Of a DNA stretch of 59,747 nucleotides, positions 11,018 through 19,459 are shown piece after piece. Positions within the stretch are counted from its first letter, which is position 1. Every line of letters begins with the position of its first letter. The stretch is taken from NCBI GenBank assembly GCA_002427615.1, contig DIFH01000149.1, positions 7,836-67,582 on the forward strand, written 5' to 3'. The position numbers and the translations under genes were made by a program. The notes under the pieces were generated by a model. It was not told the origin of the DNA and ran no database searches. It worked only from the letters and a program-made list of their open reading frames with translations. This DNA is from Paludibacter sp. UBA5753 (GTDB taxonomy: Bacteria; Bacteroidota; Bacteroidia; Bacteroidales; Paludibacteraceae).

Positions 11018-11242
11018 ATGAAAGCAACAAAAGAAGAAAAAATAATCATTTTAAAGTTTATCACTCATTATAAACTTCAAAACGATGGGAATAAAGAGAT
11101 GCTGCGATTGACATTTTTAGAAAGAACCGGGCTAACTCAAAATACTTTCTATTACAAGCTTCGACATAGAAGTTATAAGCGAAAAGAAATAGAAGTTTTA
11201 GTAGATTTACTTACTTTATTGAAAAAGAAACCTTTGAAATGA
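11018..11242 (+). CDS. Cro-like small DNA-binding protein
   Basis: 74 aa, basic, HTH-like FLERTGLTQNTFYYKLR; first gene divergent from CI. Confidence 0.6.
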   Translation: MKATKEEKIIILKFITHYKLQNDGNKEMLRLTFLERTGLTQNTFYYKLRHRSYKRKEIEVLVDLLTLLKKKPLK

Positions 11243-11793
11243 AATTAAAAAATCTTGAATTTTCGGCACTCCCGGATGGTGAATTGGAAATTCGCCCAGA
11301 AGGTGAAATACCATATATATTAAAAGAGAGTCATTTCGACTTTAATAGCAGCTTCGTTGCTGTTATCCGCGATCGTTATCCACGAGCATACAAAAACCTT
11401 TGTAAACGCTATTTGGATAGTACCAAAAATAAACCTTATTACGAGTTCAGGATTACTTGTGGATTTATAAAATGTAACCTGGGCGCACATGATAATAAGT
11501 TTGATATAGATTCAGAAGGTAATTTTCACTTTGAATTTTGTCAATGCCCGCTAGCTGGCGAATGTAAGGAATGGAAAGAAACCTGTGAGCCTAAAGAGAA
11601 CACCGCCATTTCCGATGCTGAAATTCGCATACTTAGACTAATTGCTCAAGGAAAGAAAACAACCGAAATAGCTGAAGAACTCTATTTGAGTCCTAAGACG
11701 GTGGAAAATCACACTAACAATATGTTGCGTAAACTGAATGTACATAACAACGCAGCATTAGTTCAGTACTGGCACCAACACAATATGAAATAA
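11239..11793 (+). CDS. Phage regulator with Cys cluster and C-terminal LuxR/GerE HTH
   Basis: ISDAEIRILRLIAQGKKTTEIAEELYLSPKTVENHTNNMLRKLNV; CQCPLAGEC. Confidence 0.85.
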   Translation: MKLKNLEFSALPDGELEIRPEGEIPYILKESHFDFNSSFVAVIRDRYPRAYKNLCKRYLDSTKNKPYYEFRITCGFIKCNLGAHDNKFDIDSEGNFHFEFCQCPLAGECKEWKETCEPKENTAISDAEIRILRLIAQGKKTTEIAEELYLSPKTVENHTNNMLRKLNVHNNAALVQYWHQHNMK

Positions 11794-12001
11794 GGCTTCC
11801 TGAAGCGACGGGAAGTATCGAATACAACATTTTAAATATTATCTCTCCAAAAACTCATATAAAAAGTAGTGAATTAAGACATAAAATCTAAAATTTATGT
11901 GATAGTAAATTTAAAACACCGAAAGTCTTTCGGGGTCAAAAAACAACTTCTTTTTATTATTAGCTTAATTTTTTATTATCAACTTAACAATTATTATTAT
12001 T

Positions 12002-12352
12002 ATGAAACAACAAGAGTATGATTCCTTGCTACAAGAAGTTATGACACAGATTAATGCAAAAGCAGCTATCGTATATTCTGATGATCAATCCCTGGTTAAT
12101 GACATTGAGGATTTAACATTAATTCAATTTAAAAGCCTTCCTGTTCACCCTGAAACAATCAAGACATTGAAAGGGATCAAAGGCTTTTCGGTATATCTAA
12201 ATCAGAGAGGATTAAAAGAATTGGATGATATAACATTTATTACAAATTCACTACATGATTTAGATGCATGTCTTAAAGATGGTCTTAAACCATGGTTTTC
12301 TCCTAGATTGCTCATATTTGTAGATTATAAAGGAGAGGAAAACGCAAAATGA
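12002..12352 (+). CDS. Phage hypothetical protein
   Basis: ORF in the tightly packed early operon. Confidence 0.6.
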   Translation: MKQQEYDSLLQEVMTQINAKAAIVYSDDQSLVNDIEDLTLIQFKSLPVHPETIKTLKGIKGFSVYLNQRGLKELDDITFITNSLHDLDACLKDGLKPWFSPRLLIFVDYKGEENAK

Positions 12353-12549
12353 AAACAACAATTAAACTCATGGAAAAACTCCAAGAACACTTGGAAGAAC
12401 TTGTTTCAAAACGAGAAGAGAAATTCGATAATTTCTCAGAAAAATGGCAAGATTCTGAAAAAGGAGAAGCTTTTAATGAGAAAACTGAAAGACTTCAGGA
12501 AATACTGGATGAAGTAATTGATTGGCAAATGGAATTAGGGGAGGAATAA
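12349..12549 (+). CDS. Phage hypothetical acidic coiled-coil protein
   Basis: ATGA overlap; SEKWQDSEKGE motif. Confidence 0.6.
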   Translation: MKTTIKLMEKLQEHLEELVSKREEKFDNFSEKWQDSEKGEAFNEKTERLQEILDEVIDWQMELGEE

Positions 12550-12550
12550 T

Positions 12551-12832
12551 ATGTATAAGGAAGAAAACAAAACCCCACAACCACAACCAATAACACTTGC
12601 AGAATTCGTATCAGGGGTAGAATTCTATCATTCTCCGAAATTTAAGCCATTTGATGATATAGATACATACCATCGGACGAGAGGAGGATATATTGTTGAC
12701 AAATACGGAAATTTATATTGCTCAATTCAATATATCGACAACGAAGGATTTTCATGTATTCATTACATATTCGGACACCCGAATGAATTTAAAGTTTTAT
12801 TTAAAAATTGTTTCAAACTACCAAATCAATAA
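12551..12832 (+). CDS. Phage hypothetical protein
   Basis: Operonic packing. Confidence 0.55.
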   Translation: MYKEENKTPQPQPITLAEFVSGVEFYHSPKFKPFDDIDTYHRTRGGYIVDKYGNLYCSIQYIDNEGFSCIHYIFGHPNEFKVLFKNCFKLPNQ

Positions 12833-12835
12833 ATT

Positions 12836-13102
12836 ATGTCACAAAATCAAGTACAAATATACGTCAGCTCAAGCAAGCGACAAGTAACGGTGCAAGTGCC
12901 GGTAAAAGACTCGTTACACGGCTCTATGTTTGCCGACAGACTCGATAAACTTCCATACCTGAAATCATTCGACCGCACTTATAATGCACCCATGATAGAG
13001 GTAAAATGCTATACCATTTATCAAAAATTCTCTATCGAGCAGTTGCATGCAGATTTAGATAACATGTCGGACCTTATAAATTTACCAGATGAAGCAAATT
13101 AA
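12836..13102 (+). CDS. Phage hypothetical protein
   Basis: Operonic packing. Confidence 0.55.
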   Translation: MSQNQVQIYVSSSKRQVTVQVPVKDSLHGSMFADRLDKLPYLKSFDRTYNAPMIEVKCYTIYQKFSIEQLHADLDNMSDLINLPDEAN

Positions 13103-13595
13103 AAGATTTACCGGATTTACACCAAAATTCGAAGACGACAAAATAAATCTTGTTTTTAACAAAGTAGGACTGACCATGGTTAATAAATTTCCGGAACTGT
13201 GGGAACTCAATGAAGCCGGCACACGGTTGATCAATAAAAAAGACACCAACCAACAGGTTATATTGGCGAACATTCAACCGCACAAAGTAGGCGAACTGGC
13301 ACAATGGGCCGAAAAATGCGAAGTGCGCATTGCTCAAGTAAAACTAATCCGATTATCTGACATGACAGACGAACTGGCCGTAAGAACCGGAATCGAACAA
13401 CAAAGCCCTGGTGTTTGGAAACATTATTCGCCTGAAAAGTTCTACCCTAAAAAAGTGCTGAAGACACAAGACCCTGGCTTTCCTAACTTTAATACTGCAA
13501 CAGGGAGCTTTCACTCACTTTGGTGCAAAGAGTATGATTTACTGGAGATATATGTTAACCCCTGGATATGGCAATTTACTTTTAAAAAGATATAG
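13089..13595 (+). CDS. ASCH/PUA-like phage protein
   Basis: IRLSDMTDELAVRTGI...SFHSLW...NPWIWQFTF resembles the C-terminus of phage ASCH-like proteins. Confidence 0.55.
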   Translation: MKQIKRFTGFTPKFEDDKINLVFNKVGLTMVNKFPELWELNEAGTRLINKKDTNQQVILANIQPHKVGELAQWAEKCEVRIAQVKLIRLSDMTDELAVRTGIEQQSPGVWKHYSPEKFYPKKVLKTQDPGFPNFNTATGSFHSLWCKEYDLLEIYVNPWIWQFTFKKI

Positions 13596-13597
13596 TT

Positions 13598-13813
13598 ATG
13601 AAAACGTATAGAATTCAACACCCAGCAACAAAAACTGACTTCCTAACACCCGATTTTACCGATGTGTGGAACGAGACCGATAAACTACCAGATGGTGAAA
13701 CTCTATCAATAACGGTGCAAGAAATGACCGCTAAAGAGTTTGAAGATACTGTCCGCGAGCGTGGTATTTTAAATTTATCAATCTATAATCCCTGGAAAGA
13801 TGGAAGCGAGTAA
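13598..13813 (+). CDS. Phage hypothetical protein
   Basis: Operonic packing. Confidence 0.5.
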   Translation: MKTYRIQHPATKTDFLTPDFTDVWNETDKLPDGETLSITVQEMTAKEFEDTVRERGILNLSIYNPWKDGSE

Positions 13814-13985
13814 ATTAATAAAGGGAAAAACATACCAATTTTACGAACCTTGCACCGGTAAAACCGAACAGGTAACTTATAATCGCGAGACCATTAATCA
13901 TTTTGTGTTTATTGGCGAAACTGAAGAAAAGTGGATTTGCGCCACAACTTTAAAAACAAACATTTCTGAACTAAAGAGTTTATGA
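13800..13985 (+). CDS. Phage hypothetical protein
   Basis: Overlapping start/stop with neighbours. Confidence 0.5.
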   Translation: MEASKLIKGKTYQFYEPCTGKTEQVTYNRETINHFVFIGETEEKWICATTLKTNISELKSL

Positions 13986-14185
13986 AAAATAGACAGAAGC
14001 TGGAAACTAAGCAAGATAAAAAGCAACGCTACAACTTGCATTATAAATTGCGAAAACATGGCTATACAATTAGATTGAAGGATAGGCATATTATCCGACC
14101 GGAAACAACAACAACAACGACCATTCGTTGGGAAAAGATACTAACCACTCATGACCACTATTCAATAAGCGAAGCATTATTATGA
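13982..14185 (+). CDS. Phage hypothetical basic protein
   Basis: ATGA overlaps on both sides; RYNLHYKLRKHGY. Confidence 0.55.
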   Translation: MKNRQKLETKQDKKQRYNLHYKLRKHGYTIRLKDRHIIRPETTTTTTIRWEKILTTHDHYSISEALL

Positions 14186-14649
14186 AAGCAACCTGGGAAA
14201 AAGTATGGAAGCAACTCGACAAGACAGAAGCCGCCCTGAATGACTTTCTTATCAATGGCGGACTGTCAAGCATTGCCCTCACAAAATCGAAAGCCTTCAT
14301 TAAAGAATGGAACGCATATAAAAAACAAGTAAACGAGTTCGATAACTTCATAACGCCTGTAGAACCGTGCGAAATTAAATTTCCATTCCGATCGGAAGCA
14401 ATGACAGAAATGTGGAAGCGGTGGAAAAATTACCTGGGCGAACAACACGGCCAATCGATGGGAACACATTCCGAACAGGCTGCACTGGAGCAATTGATGG
14501 AATATACCAAAGGTGATGAAGAAAAAGCGGTGAAGTTTCTGAGGTATGCAATGGCTAATCGATATCGCAATTTCTTTGCTATTGAAGAAAAGGACACCAA
14601 ACAGCCTGCTAAAGATGAACCACCAGGGAAAGGGAGTGCTTATGGATAA
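14182..14649 (+). CDS. Putative replication-associated protein
   Basis: Immediately precedes a DnaC-like ATPase; WKRWKNY...AMANRYRNFF resembles phage initiator C-termini. Confidence 0.5.
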   Translation: MKATWEKVWKQLDKTEAALNDFLINGGLSSIALTKSKAFIKEWNAYKKQVNEFDNFITPVEPCEIKFPFRSEAMTEMWKRWKNYLGEQHGQSMGTHSEQAALEQLMEYTKGDEEKAVKFLRYAMANRYRNFFAIEEKDTKQPAKDEPPGKGSAYG

Positions 14650-14721
14650 TGATAAGGTTTTTGATAAACAGATACTATATACATTTTTAGCATTTTTATT
14701 AATGTTTTTAATTTACTCTTT

Positions 14722-15399
14722 ATGAAAATAGACGAAATACTTGAGAAAGCGGAAGCCGAACGCTTACGAGAATACCGCAAAATTGCAACAATACGCCAGG
14801 ACGTTTCGTGTGAAAACTTTAAACACCTTTTTTTCATTCGTGCTAACCAAACGCTGGTAAACGATCACAAGAGTCTGGATACATTTCAGGTAGATGAGTT
14901 TAACCGCGATGTGCTTAACCTGCTATACTTCTACGTTGCCCGAACCAATCCGGAAAAAATAAACAGTCTGATTGGGATTGTTCTTGCCGGCGCTTATGGA
15001 TGCGGAAAGTCGGTTATGATGTCAGCTTTTTGCAAAGTGCTTTTCGACCTGGAGTTTGTGAAAGAGAAAGTTATCGAAATTCATGCCATTGAGCTGGCCG
15101 AAGAAATAAGACTAAAAGGAGTAATTCCGTTCGCCAGGGTGCCATTATTGATTCAGGATATGGGCAAAGAGAATAATTTGCTAAACAACTGGGGAACAAA
15201 AATAAATCCGATATCAAATTTACTTGCACTTCGTTCAGAATATGGATCGTTGACGTTCGGATCAACAAATATGGACTTGGACGGAATTAAGGAACAATAC
15301 GAAGAATACATTTCGAAACGATTTGACGAACATGTAAATCGAATCTTCTTACCTGGTAAAAGCCGTAGACCTGATTATTCACTCAATCAACCTAAATAA
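14722..15399 (+). CDS. DnaC/IstB-like P-loop ATPase (helicase loader)
   Basis: Walker A GAYGCGKS, degenerate Walker B LLIQDMGKE, TFGSTN, YISKRF. Confidence 0.75.
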   Translation: MKIDEILEKAEAERLREYRKIATIRQDVSCENFKHLFFIRANQTLVNDHKSLDTFQVDEFNRDVLNLLYFYVARTNPEKINSLIGIVLAGAYGCGKSVMMSAFCKVLFDLEFVKEKVIEIHAIELAEEIRLKGVIPFARVPLLIQDMGKENNLLNNWGTKINPISNLLALRSEYGSLTFGSTNMDLDGIKEQYEEYISKRFDEHVNRIFLPGKSRRPDYSLNQPK

Positions 15400-15400
15400 T

Positions 15401-15850
15401 ATGATACTTGGTTACAAAAAATGGTTTCCATGGAAATCACTCACAAATTTTGCTGTCAAAATTATTAAAGGACAGAAAAAGCATACCATACGCTACGATG
15501 TCAATAATCGTTGGGTTGCTGGAAGAATTATTCAACATGCTTACGGAGTTCGAACAAAGCAATATGATCACTTTGCAAATGGAGAATGCAAATCAACTCA
15601 AAGAATAAGAATTTTCCCTTCAGTAGGAGCAAATATAAATTATTCATACACAGGAATGTTCACGGATAAATTCTCTGGAATTGAATATGAATCACAATTT
15701 CAGGTTGAAGTCGATAGCAGAGTTTTAAACTTTATGGAAATTGATAAACTAGCCGCCAACGATGGTTTTGATTCAACTCACGATTTCTTTAAATGGTTTT
15801 TCAATGGTTTCGAAGGTAAAATTATTCACTTCACGGATTTAAAATACTAA
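15401..15850 (+). CDS. ASCH-domain protein
   Basis: KIIKGQKKHTIR...LAANDGFDS..DFFKWF. Confidence 0.65.
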   Translation: MILGYKKWFPWKSLTNFAVKIIKGQKKHTIRYDVNNRWVAGRIIQHAYGVRTKQYDHFANGECKSTQRIRIFPSVGANINYSYTGMFTDKFSGIEYESQFQVEVDSRVLNFMEIDKLAANDGFDSTHDFFKWFFNGFEGKIIHFTDLKY

Positions 15851-15854
15851 TATA

Positions 15855-16061
15855 ATGGCAAATATTCAAATTTCACAGGATAAGAATACAGTTACTTCAG
15901 ATAATAAAGTACATAAGTTCAACAATCGCGGCAACTGTCATACATGCAGCCTATTTAAGGAATGCTACGAGCTTCAGGTGCCTGTCGCCAATGATTTTCC
16001 ATTCGCTTGTGTATCTGAGAACCGAACGGACGGGAAATACGGCAACTTTCAATCGGAATAA
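15855..16061 (+). CDS. Small Cys-containing phage protein
   Basis: CHTCSLFKEC...C..ENRTDG. Confidence 0.5.
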   Translation: MANIQISQDKNTVTSDNKVHKFNNRGNCHTCSLFKECYELQVPVANDFPFACVSENRTDGKYGNFQSE

Positions 16062-16122
16062 AGCCTTTTTTCTATTCTCGTTGAACTGATCCTTTATTTT
16101 ATTTCTCCTTTAATTTGTCAGC

Positions 16123-17358
16123 ATGCCCCCACGTAAAAAAATTACAGATACGAAAGTTCCCGCCAGTTCAGGCGACAGAGTGAAGATTGTCGAAGATTTT
16201 CTTACGGAACATTATGAAATAAAAATCAACGTTTTCGATTCGTCCAAAACGATTATCGTAGCCAAGAACCCAGAGCTGTACGACCAGGCTCCAACTGAAA
16301 CGCTCATTTCGTTGCACATGGAACGCGAAAATATTCGTGGCTGCGATACCATTCTCCGGAAGATACTCAAATCAGGGTATCATATCACCACATTCAACCC
16401 TGTAACCGACTATATCAATAGTCTCGAAGGGGCATGGAAGGGCGAAAGCCATATCGATAAATTCTGTAAAAATATCATTGTTCGCGATTTTGGAGATAAA
16501 GACCCGGGATATTACCAGGAACGATTTGTTCGGATCATGAAAAAATGGATGGTAGCCAGCATTGCGTGTTCGTTGGGCGTAAAAGAAAACGATGCCATGC
16601 TTGGGTTTATTCATCCCAAAGAGGGAATAGGTAAAACCCGTATTCTAAAGTTCCTTGTACCAAAACCTTTGAGAGCCTATTATATCCAATCCAGCAAGGA
16701 AGATCGGTACTTCGATATCACAGCTGCTTTCACTCAGAATTTCATTGTCAACTTTGAAGAATTCAACGGAATCACGAAAAACAATGCTGAGCAGGTAAAA
16801 CAAACACTTTCGTCCACTGAGTTCGTAATGTCGAAACGCGACACTAATACAGTTCCACGCATTGGAAATGGTGCATTTACGACCAATAAAAATAAAGAGA
16901 TGGGAGGGTTCCTGCACCCGTCCATGGGCTATCGCCGGTGGGCATGTATAGAACTGGAGTCGATTAATTGGAAAAAATACATAGCCGAGGTTGATAATCA
17001 CCAAATGTGGGCTGAAGCAATGGTTCTTTTCAAAAATGCAGATTACGACTATATCTGGAACGAAAACGATTTCATTGAGTTCAAAAATTATAATAGCCGA
17101 TATATGATTGACACACAGGCTAACAAACTTATTAAAGAATACTACCGTATTCCGGAAGAAGGCGAAGAATCTAAACACATGCAACCGATTGAAATTATTC
17201 AGGAACTCCGCCGTACCCGCAGGTTGAACAGTGGAATGGTCAACGTTTCGGATGTTACCATTGGGATGGCGCTTAGCTCCATGGGCTTTGAGCATAAAAT
17301 GAAAAAAGTAGATGGAAAGCCACGCTATGGATATCAGGTTATACAATTATTTGAATAA
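16123..17358 (+). CDS. VirE/VapE-family primase-associated SF3-like helicase
   Basis: FNPVTDYINSL..WKGESHI, KWMVASIA, Walker A EGIGKT, Walker B VNFEEF, GYRRW. Confidence 0.8.
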   Translation: MPPRKKITDTKVPASSGDRVKIVEDFLTEHYEIKINVFDSSKTIIVAKNPELYDQAPTETLISLHMERENIRGCDTILRKILKSGYHITTFNPVTDYINSLEGAWKGESHIDKFCKNIIVRDFGDKDPGYYQERFVRIMKKWMVASIACSLGVKENDAMLGFIHPKEGIGKTRILKFLVPKPLRAYYIQSSKEDRYFDITAAFTQNFIVNFEEFNGITKNNAEQVKQTLSSTEFVMSKRDTNTVPRIGNGAFTTNKNKEMGGFLHPSMGYRRWACIELESINWKKYIAEVDNHQMWAEAMVLFKNADYDYIWNENDFIEFKNYNSRYMIDTQANKLIKEYYRIPEEGEESKHMQPIEIIQELRRTRRLNSGMVNVSDVTIGMALSSMGFEHKMKKVDGKPRYGYQVIQLFE

Positions 17359-17381
17359 TATCAACTTAACAACAAAACATT

Positions 17382-17621
17382 ATGAAATTCGCAAAATTAT
17401 TTGATTTAGAAGATGGTGAACAAGTTCTATTAACTGTAGAATATGACGACGAAAAAGACCAATACGAATTAGTTTTTAAAACTGATTTTGACGGTGCAAC
17501 TGCAAGTATGAAATTGGGATATAAAGAAGAATCAATGGCTCTAGAATCAATGGAAAAAGTTGAATTAGAGCGTGCACAGGAATTAAGGAGTAGTATGTCA
17601 AAACATTTTATTACATTTTAA
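17382..17621 (+). CDS. Phage hypothetical protein
   Basis: ORF with A-rich initiation region. Confidence 0.55.
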   Translation: MKFAKLFDLEDGEQVLLTVEYDDEKDQYELVFKTDFDGATASMKLGYKEESMALESMEKVELERAQELRSSMSKHFITF

Positions 17622-17640
17622 CAACAAAATAACGCCTTGG

Positions 17641-18024
17641 ATGGGCATCGTAAAATCCATTGATTGCAATATGAATAAAATTAGTTTAGTTCCATTTGGA
17701 ACTGCTTTAGAAGCCTTAAAACAAGGTAAAAGAGTAACTCGTGATGGATGGAGTGGTAGGTATATATTTGTTTTTATGCGCCCTGCCGATGAAATTAATA
17801 TTGAAACGGTAGTTGATAAAATAAAATCTCTGCCACAAAGCGTAAAGGACTATTATCTGCAGGACATTATTAATGAAAACGGAGAAAGACTTCATGTAGA
17901 AGAAGATGACACGGTTAAGTTTACGGCTTATCTCTGTATGAAAGCAGCTAACGGAACAATTGTAAACGGCTGGTTGGCTTCTCCAACTGATATGCTATCA
18001 GATGACTGGATAATCTTAGACTAA
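17641..18024 (+). CDS. DUF2829 / Thoeris anti-defence Tad2-like protein
   Basis: FGTALEALKQGKRVTRDGW...YLCMKAANGTIVNGWLASPTDMLSDDW. Confidence 0.8.
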   Translation: MGIVKSIDCNMNKISLVPFGTALEALKQGKRVTRDGWSGRYIFVFMRPADEINIETVVDKIKSLPQSVKDYYLQDIINENGERLHVEEDDTVKFTAYLCMKAANGTIVNGWLASPTDMLSDDWIILD

Positions 18025-18111
18025 AATTCTATAACGAACCTGGCAATGAGAGCCGTTTATTGCCAGTTTTGTTATACTCTTTCAAAAAAATCAAGTTAAC
18101 AATAAATTATC

Positions 18112-18360
18112 ATGGAAATATTTATAAGAGATGAAAATATTTTAAAATATCCTGAATTACCAATAATAGATAAAGAAAGCATGGAAGATACAGAAAGACA
18201 TATTGGTAAGTTTATAATTCCAATTGAAAAGTTTGAACATCTAAATGTAGCCTTTAAACGTTTGGGAGAACAAATGCATAATTGCAGTTTTCAACAAAAT
18301 AAAAAATACAAAGGTCACAAACAACCATATAAATTTCACAGAAACCAATTGAATTTTTAA
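18112..18360 (+). CDS. Phage hypothetical protein
   Basis: ORF with A-rich initiation region. Confidence 0.45.
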   Translation: MEIFIRDENILKYPELPIIDKESMEDTERHIGKFIIPIEKFEHLNVAFKRLGEQMHNCSFQQNKKYKGHKQPYKFHRNQLNF

Positions 18361-18394
18361 TACACATATCAACCCCCTAATATTGCATACAATT

Positions 18395-18853
18395 ATGAGC
18401 GACTACAATGTTTACCTGACAGTTCCAGAATATTTGGAACAATGGATTACGCACACATTCGGAAATCCGGTTGAACTCATTAAAGATTCTCCCGAAATGA
18501 GATTACTCAATGAGCTGCTGGTAAAACTGCCATGTGATGAAACTCCGGATTTAGGTGAAGATTCTAACTTGACAATTCCAATACCATATTTCAGAGGGAA
18601 AAACCCTGACACATACAATTATCTTCACAAAAGTGGCAAAACGGCTTTAATTGAAAGTTTCTCTACACTTTTTGATAAAAATCTATATACTGAAGTAACC
18701 GCCTTGAAAAATGGAAATACAAGCCGGGCTACTTTAATTTATGCCTATATGGAAAAACATGGTATTGACCAAAAACATTGGGACACGGTTGCACAACGAT
18801 TTCACAGATTGAACCAAAAGTACGGAAAGAAAAAAAATATAAAACTTACCTAA
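18395..18853 (+). CDS. Conserved Bacteroidetes-phage protein, possible late regulator
   Basis: YLEQW...IPYFRGKNP..YNYL...YMEKHGI; last gene before the structural block. Confidence 0.55.
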   Translation: MSDYNVYLTVPEYLEQWITHTFGNPVELIKDSPEMRLLNELLVKLPCDETPDLGEDSNLTIPIPYFRGKNPDTYNYLHKSGKTALIESFSTLFDKNLYTEVTALKNGNTSRATLIYAYMEKHGIDQKHWDTVAQRFHRLNQKYGKKKNIKLT

Positions 18854-18890
18854 AATCTCATTGACTTCGAGGCCTCTTTTATCGTAAACC

Positions 18891-18935
18891 AGCATTTTAC
18901 GTACTTTCAGCACTTTACGCAGTTTGAGCACTTTT
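18891..18935 (+). repeat. Five degenerate 9-bp tandem units
   Basis: AGCATTTTA CGTACTTTC AGCACTTTA CGCAGTTTG AGCACTTTT. Confidence 0.65.
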
Positions 18936-18950
18936 AAAAATATAATCTAT

Positions 18951-19394
18951 ATGAACACAAAAATACTTCCAACTATATTATTTGTCGAATTTCTTCTCGC
19001 TGAAGAAATGACACTTTATCCAAAGAAATTTCTATCACCAGGTGACACAACTTCCGCCATTGGCAACTGGACTAAACTAAAGTTAACCGAACCGGCATCG
19101 TGCAATACTACTTCCGAGCAAACCGACAATGGATTAGTTTACACAACTAAAATTGCCGGAATAATATCAGACGATAGCGACATGGCATTGCAACACCGCC
19201 TACAAACTAAATTTCATCTCTATAGAATTACGGACGTTTACAAAAACAAATACCTGGTTGGAATTGACAAAAAGCCATTCCCGGAAATCAAATTCTCACC
19301 GGTGAACGACGCTTCGTCTTCCGGCATGCGAGCCGTAAACTTCGAAATTACATGGATTTCAACCCTTCCACCCATTGATATTATTGATTTATAG
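18951..19394 (+). CDS. Phage hypothetical (possibly structural) protein
   Basis: ATG at 18951; beta-rich; precedes the head protease. Confidence 0.6.
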   Translation: MNTKILPTILFVEFLLAEEMTLYPKKFLSPGDTTSAIGNWTKLKLTEPASCNTTSEQTDNGLVYTTKIAGIISDDSDMALQHRLQTKFHLYRITDVYKNKYLVGIDKKPFPEIKFSPVNDASSSGMRAVNFEITWISTLPPIDIIDL

Positions 19395-19430
19395 TCTTTT
19401 TTTCCTTCCTAATATAGCCGTAAAGTTGCA
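19394..19430 (+). promoter_or_regulatory. Putative phage late promoter (GTCTTTT-N20-TnnnTTTG class); further copies at 22198, 31733, 37035, 42514
   Basis: Identical spacing in five places, each upstream of a structural gene block. Confidence 0.65.
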
Positions 19431-19459
19431 GTGTAATTAACCATACTGCAACTTTTTTT

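Noticed and set aside
16372-17346. Minus-strand ORFs (up to 233 aa) opposite VirE, and similar antisense ORFs across the prophage
   Set aside because: Antisense shadows of well-supported + strand genes with no recognisable motifs.
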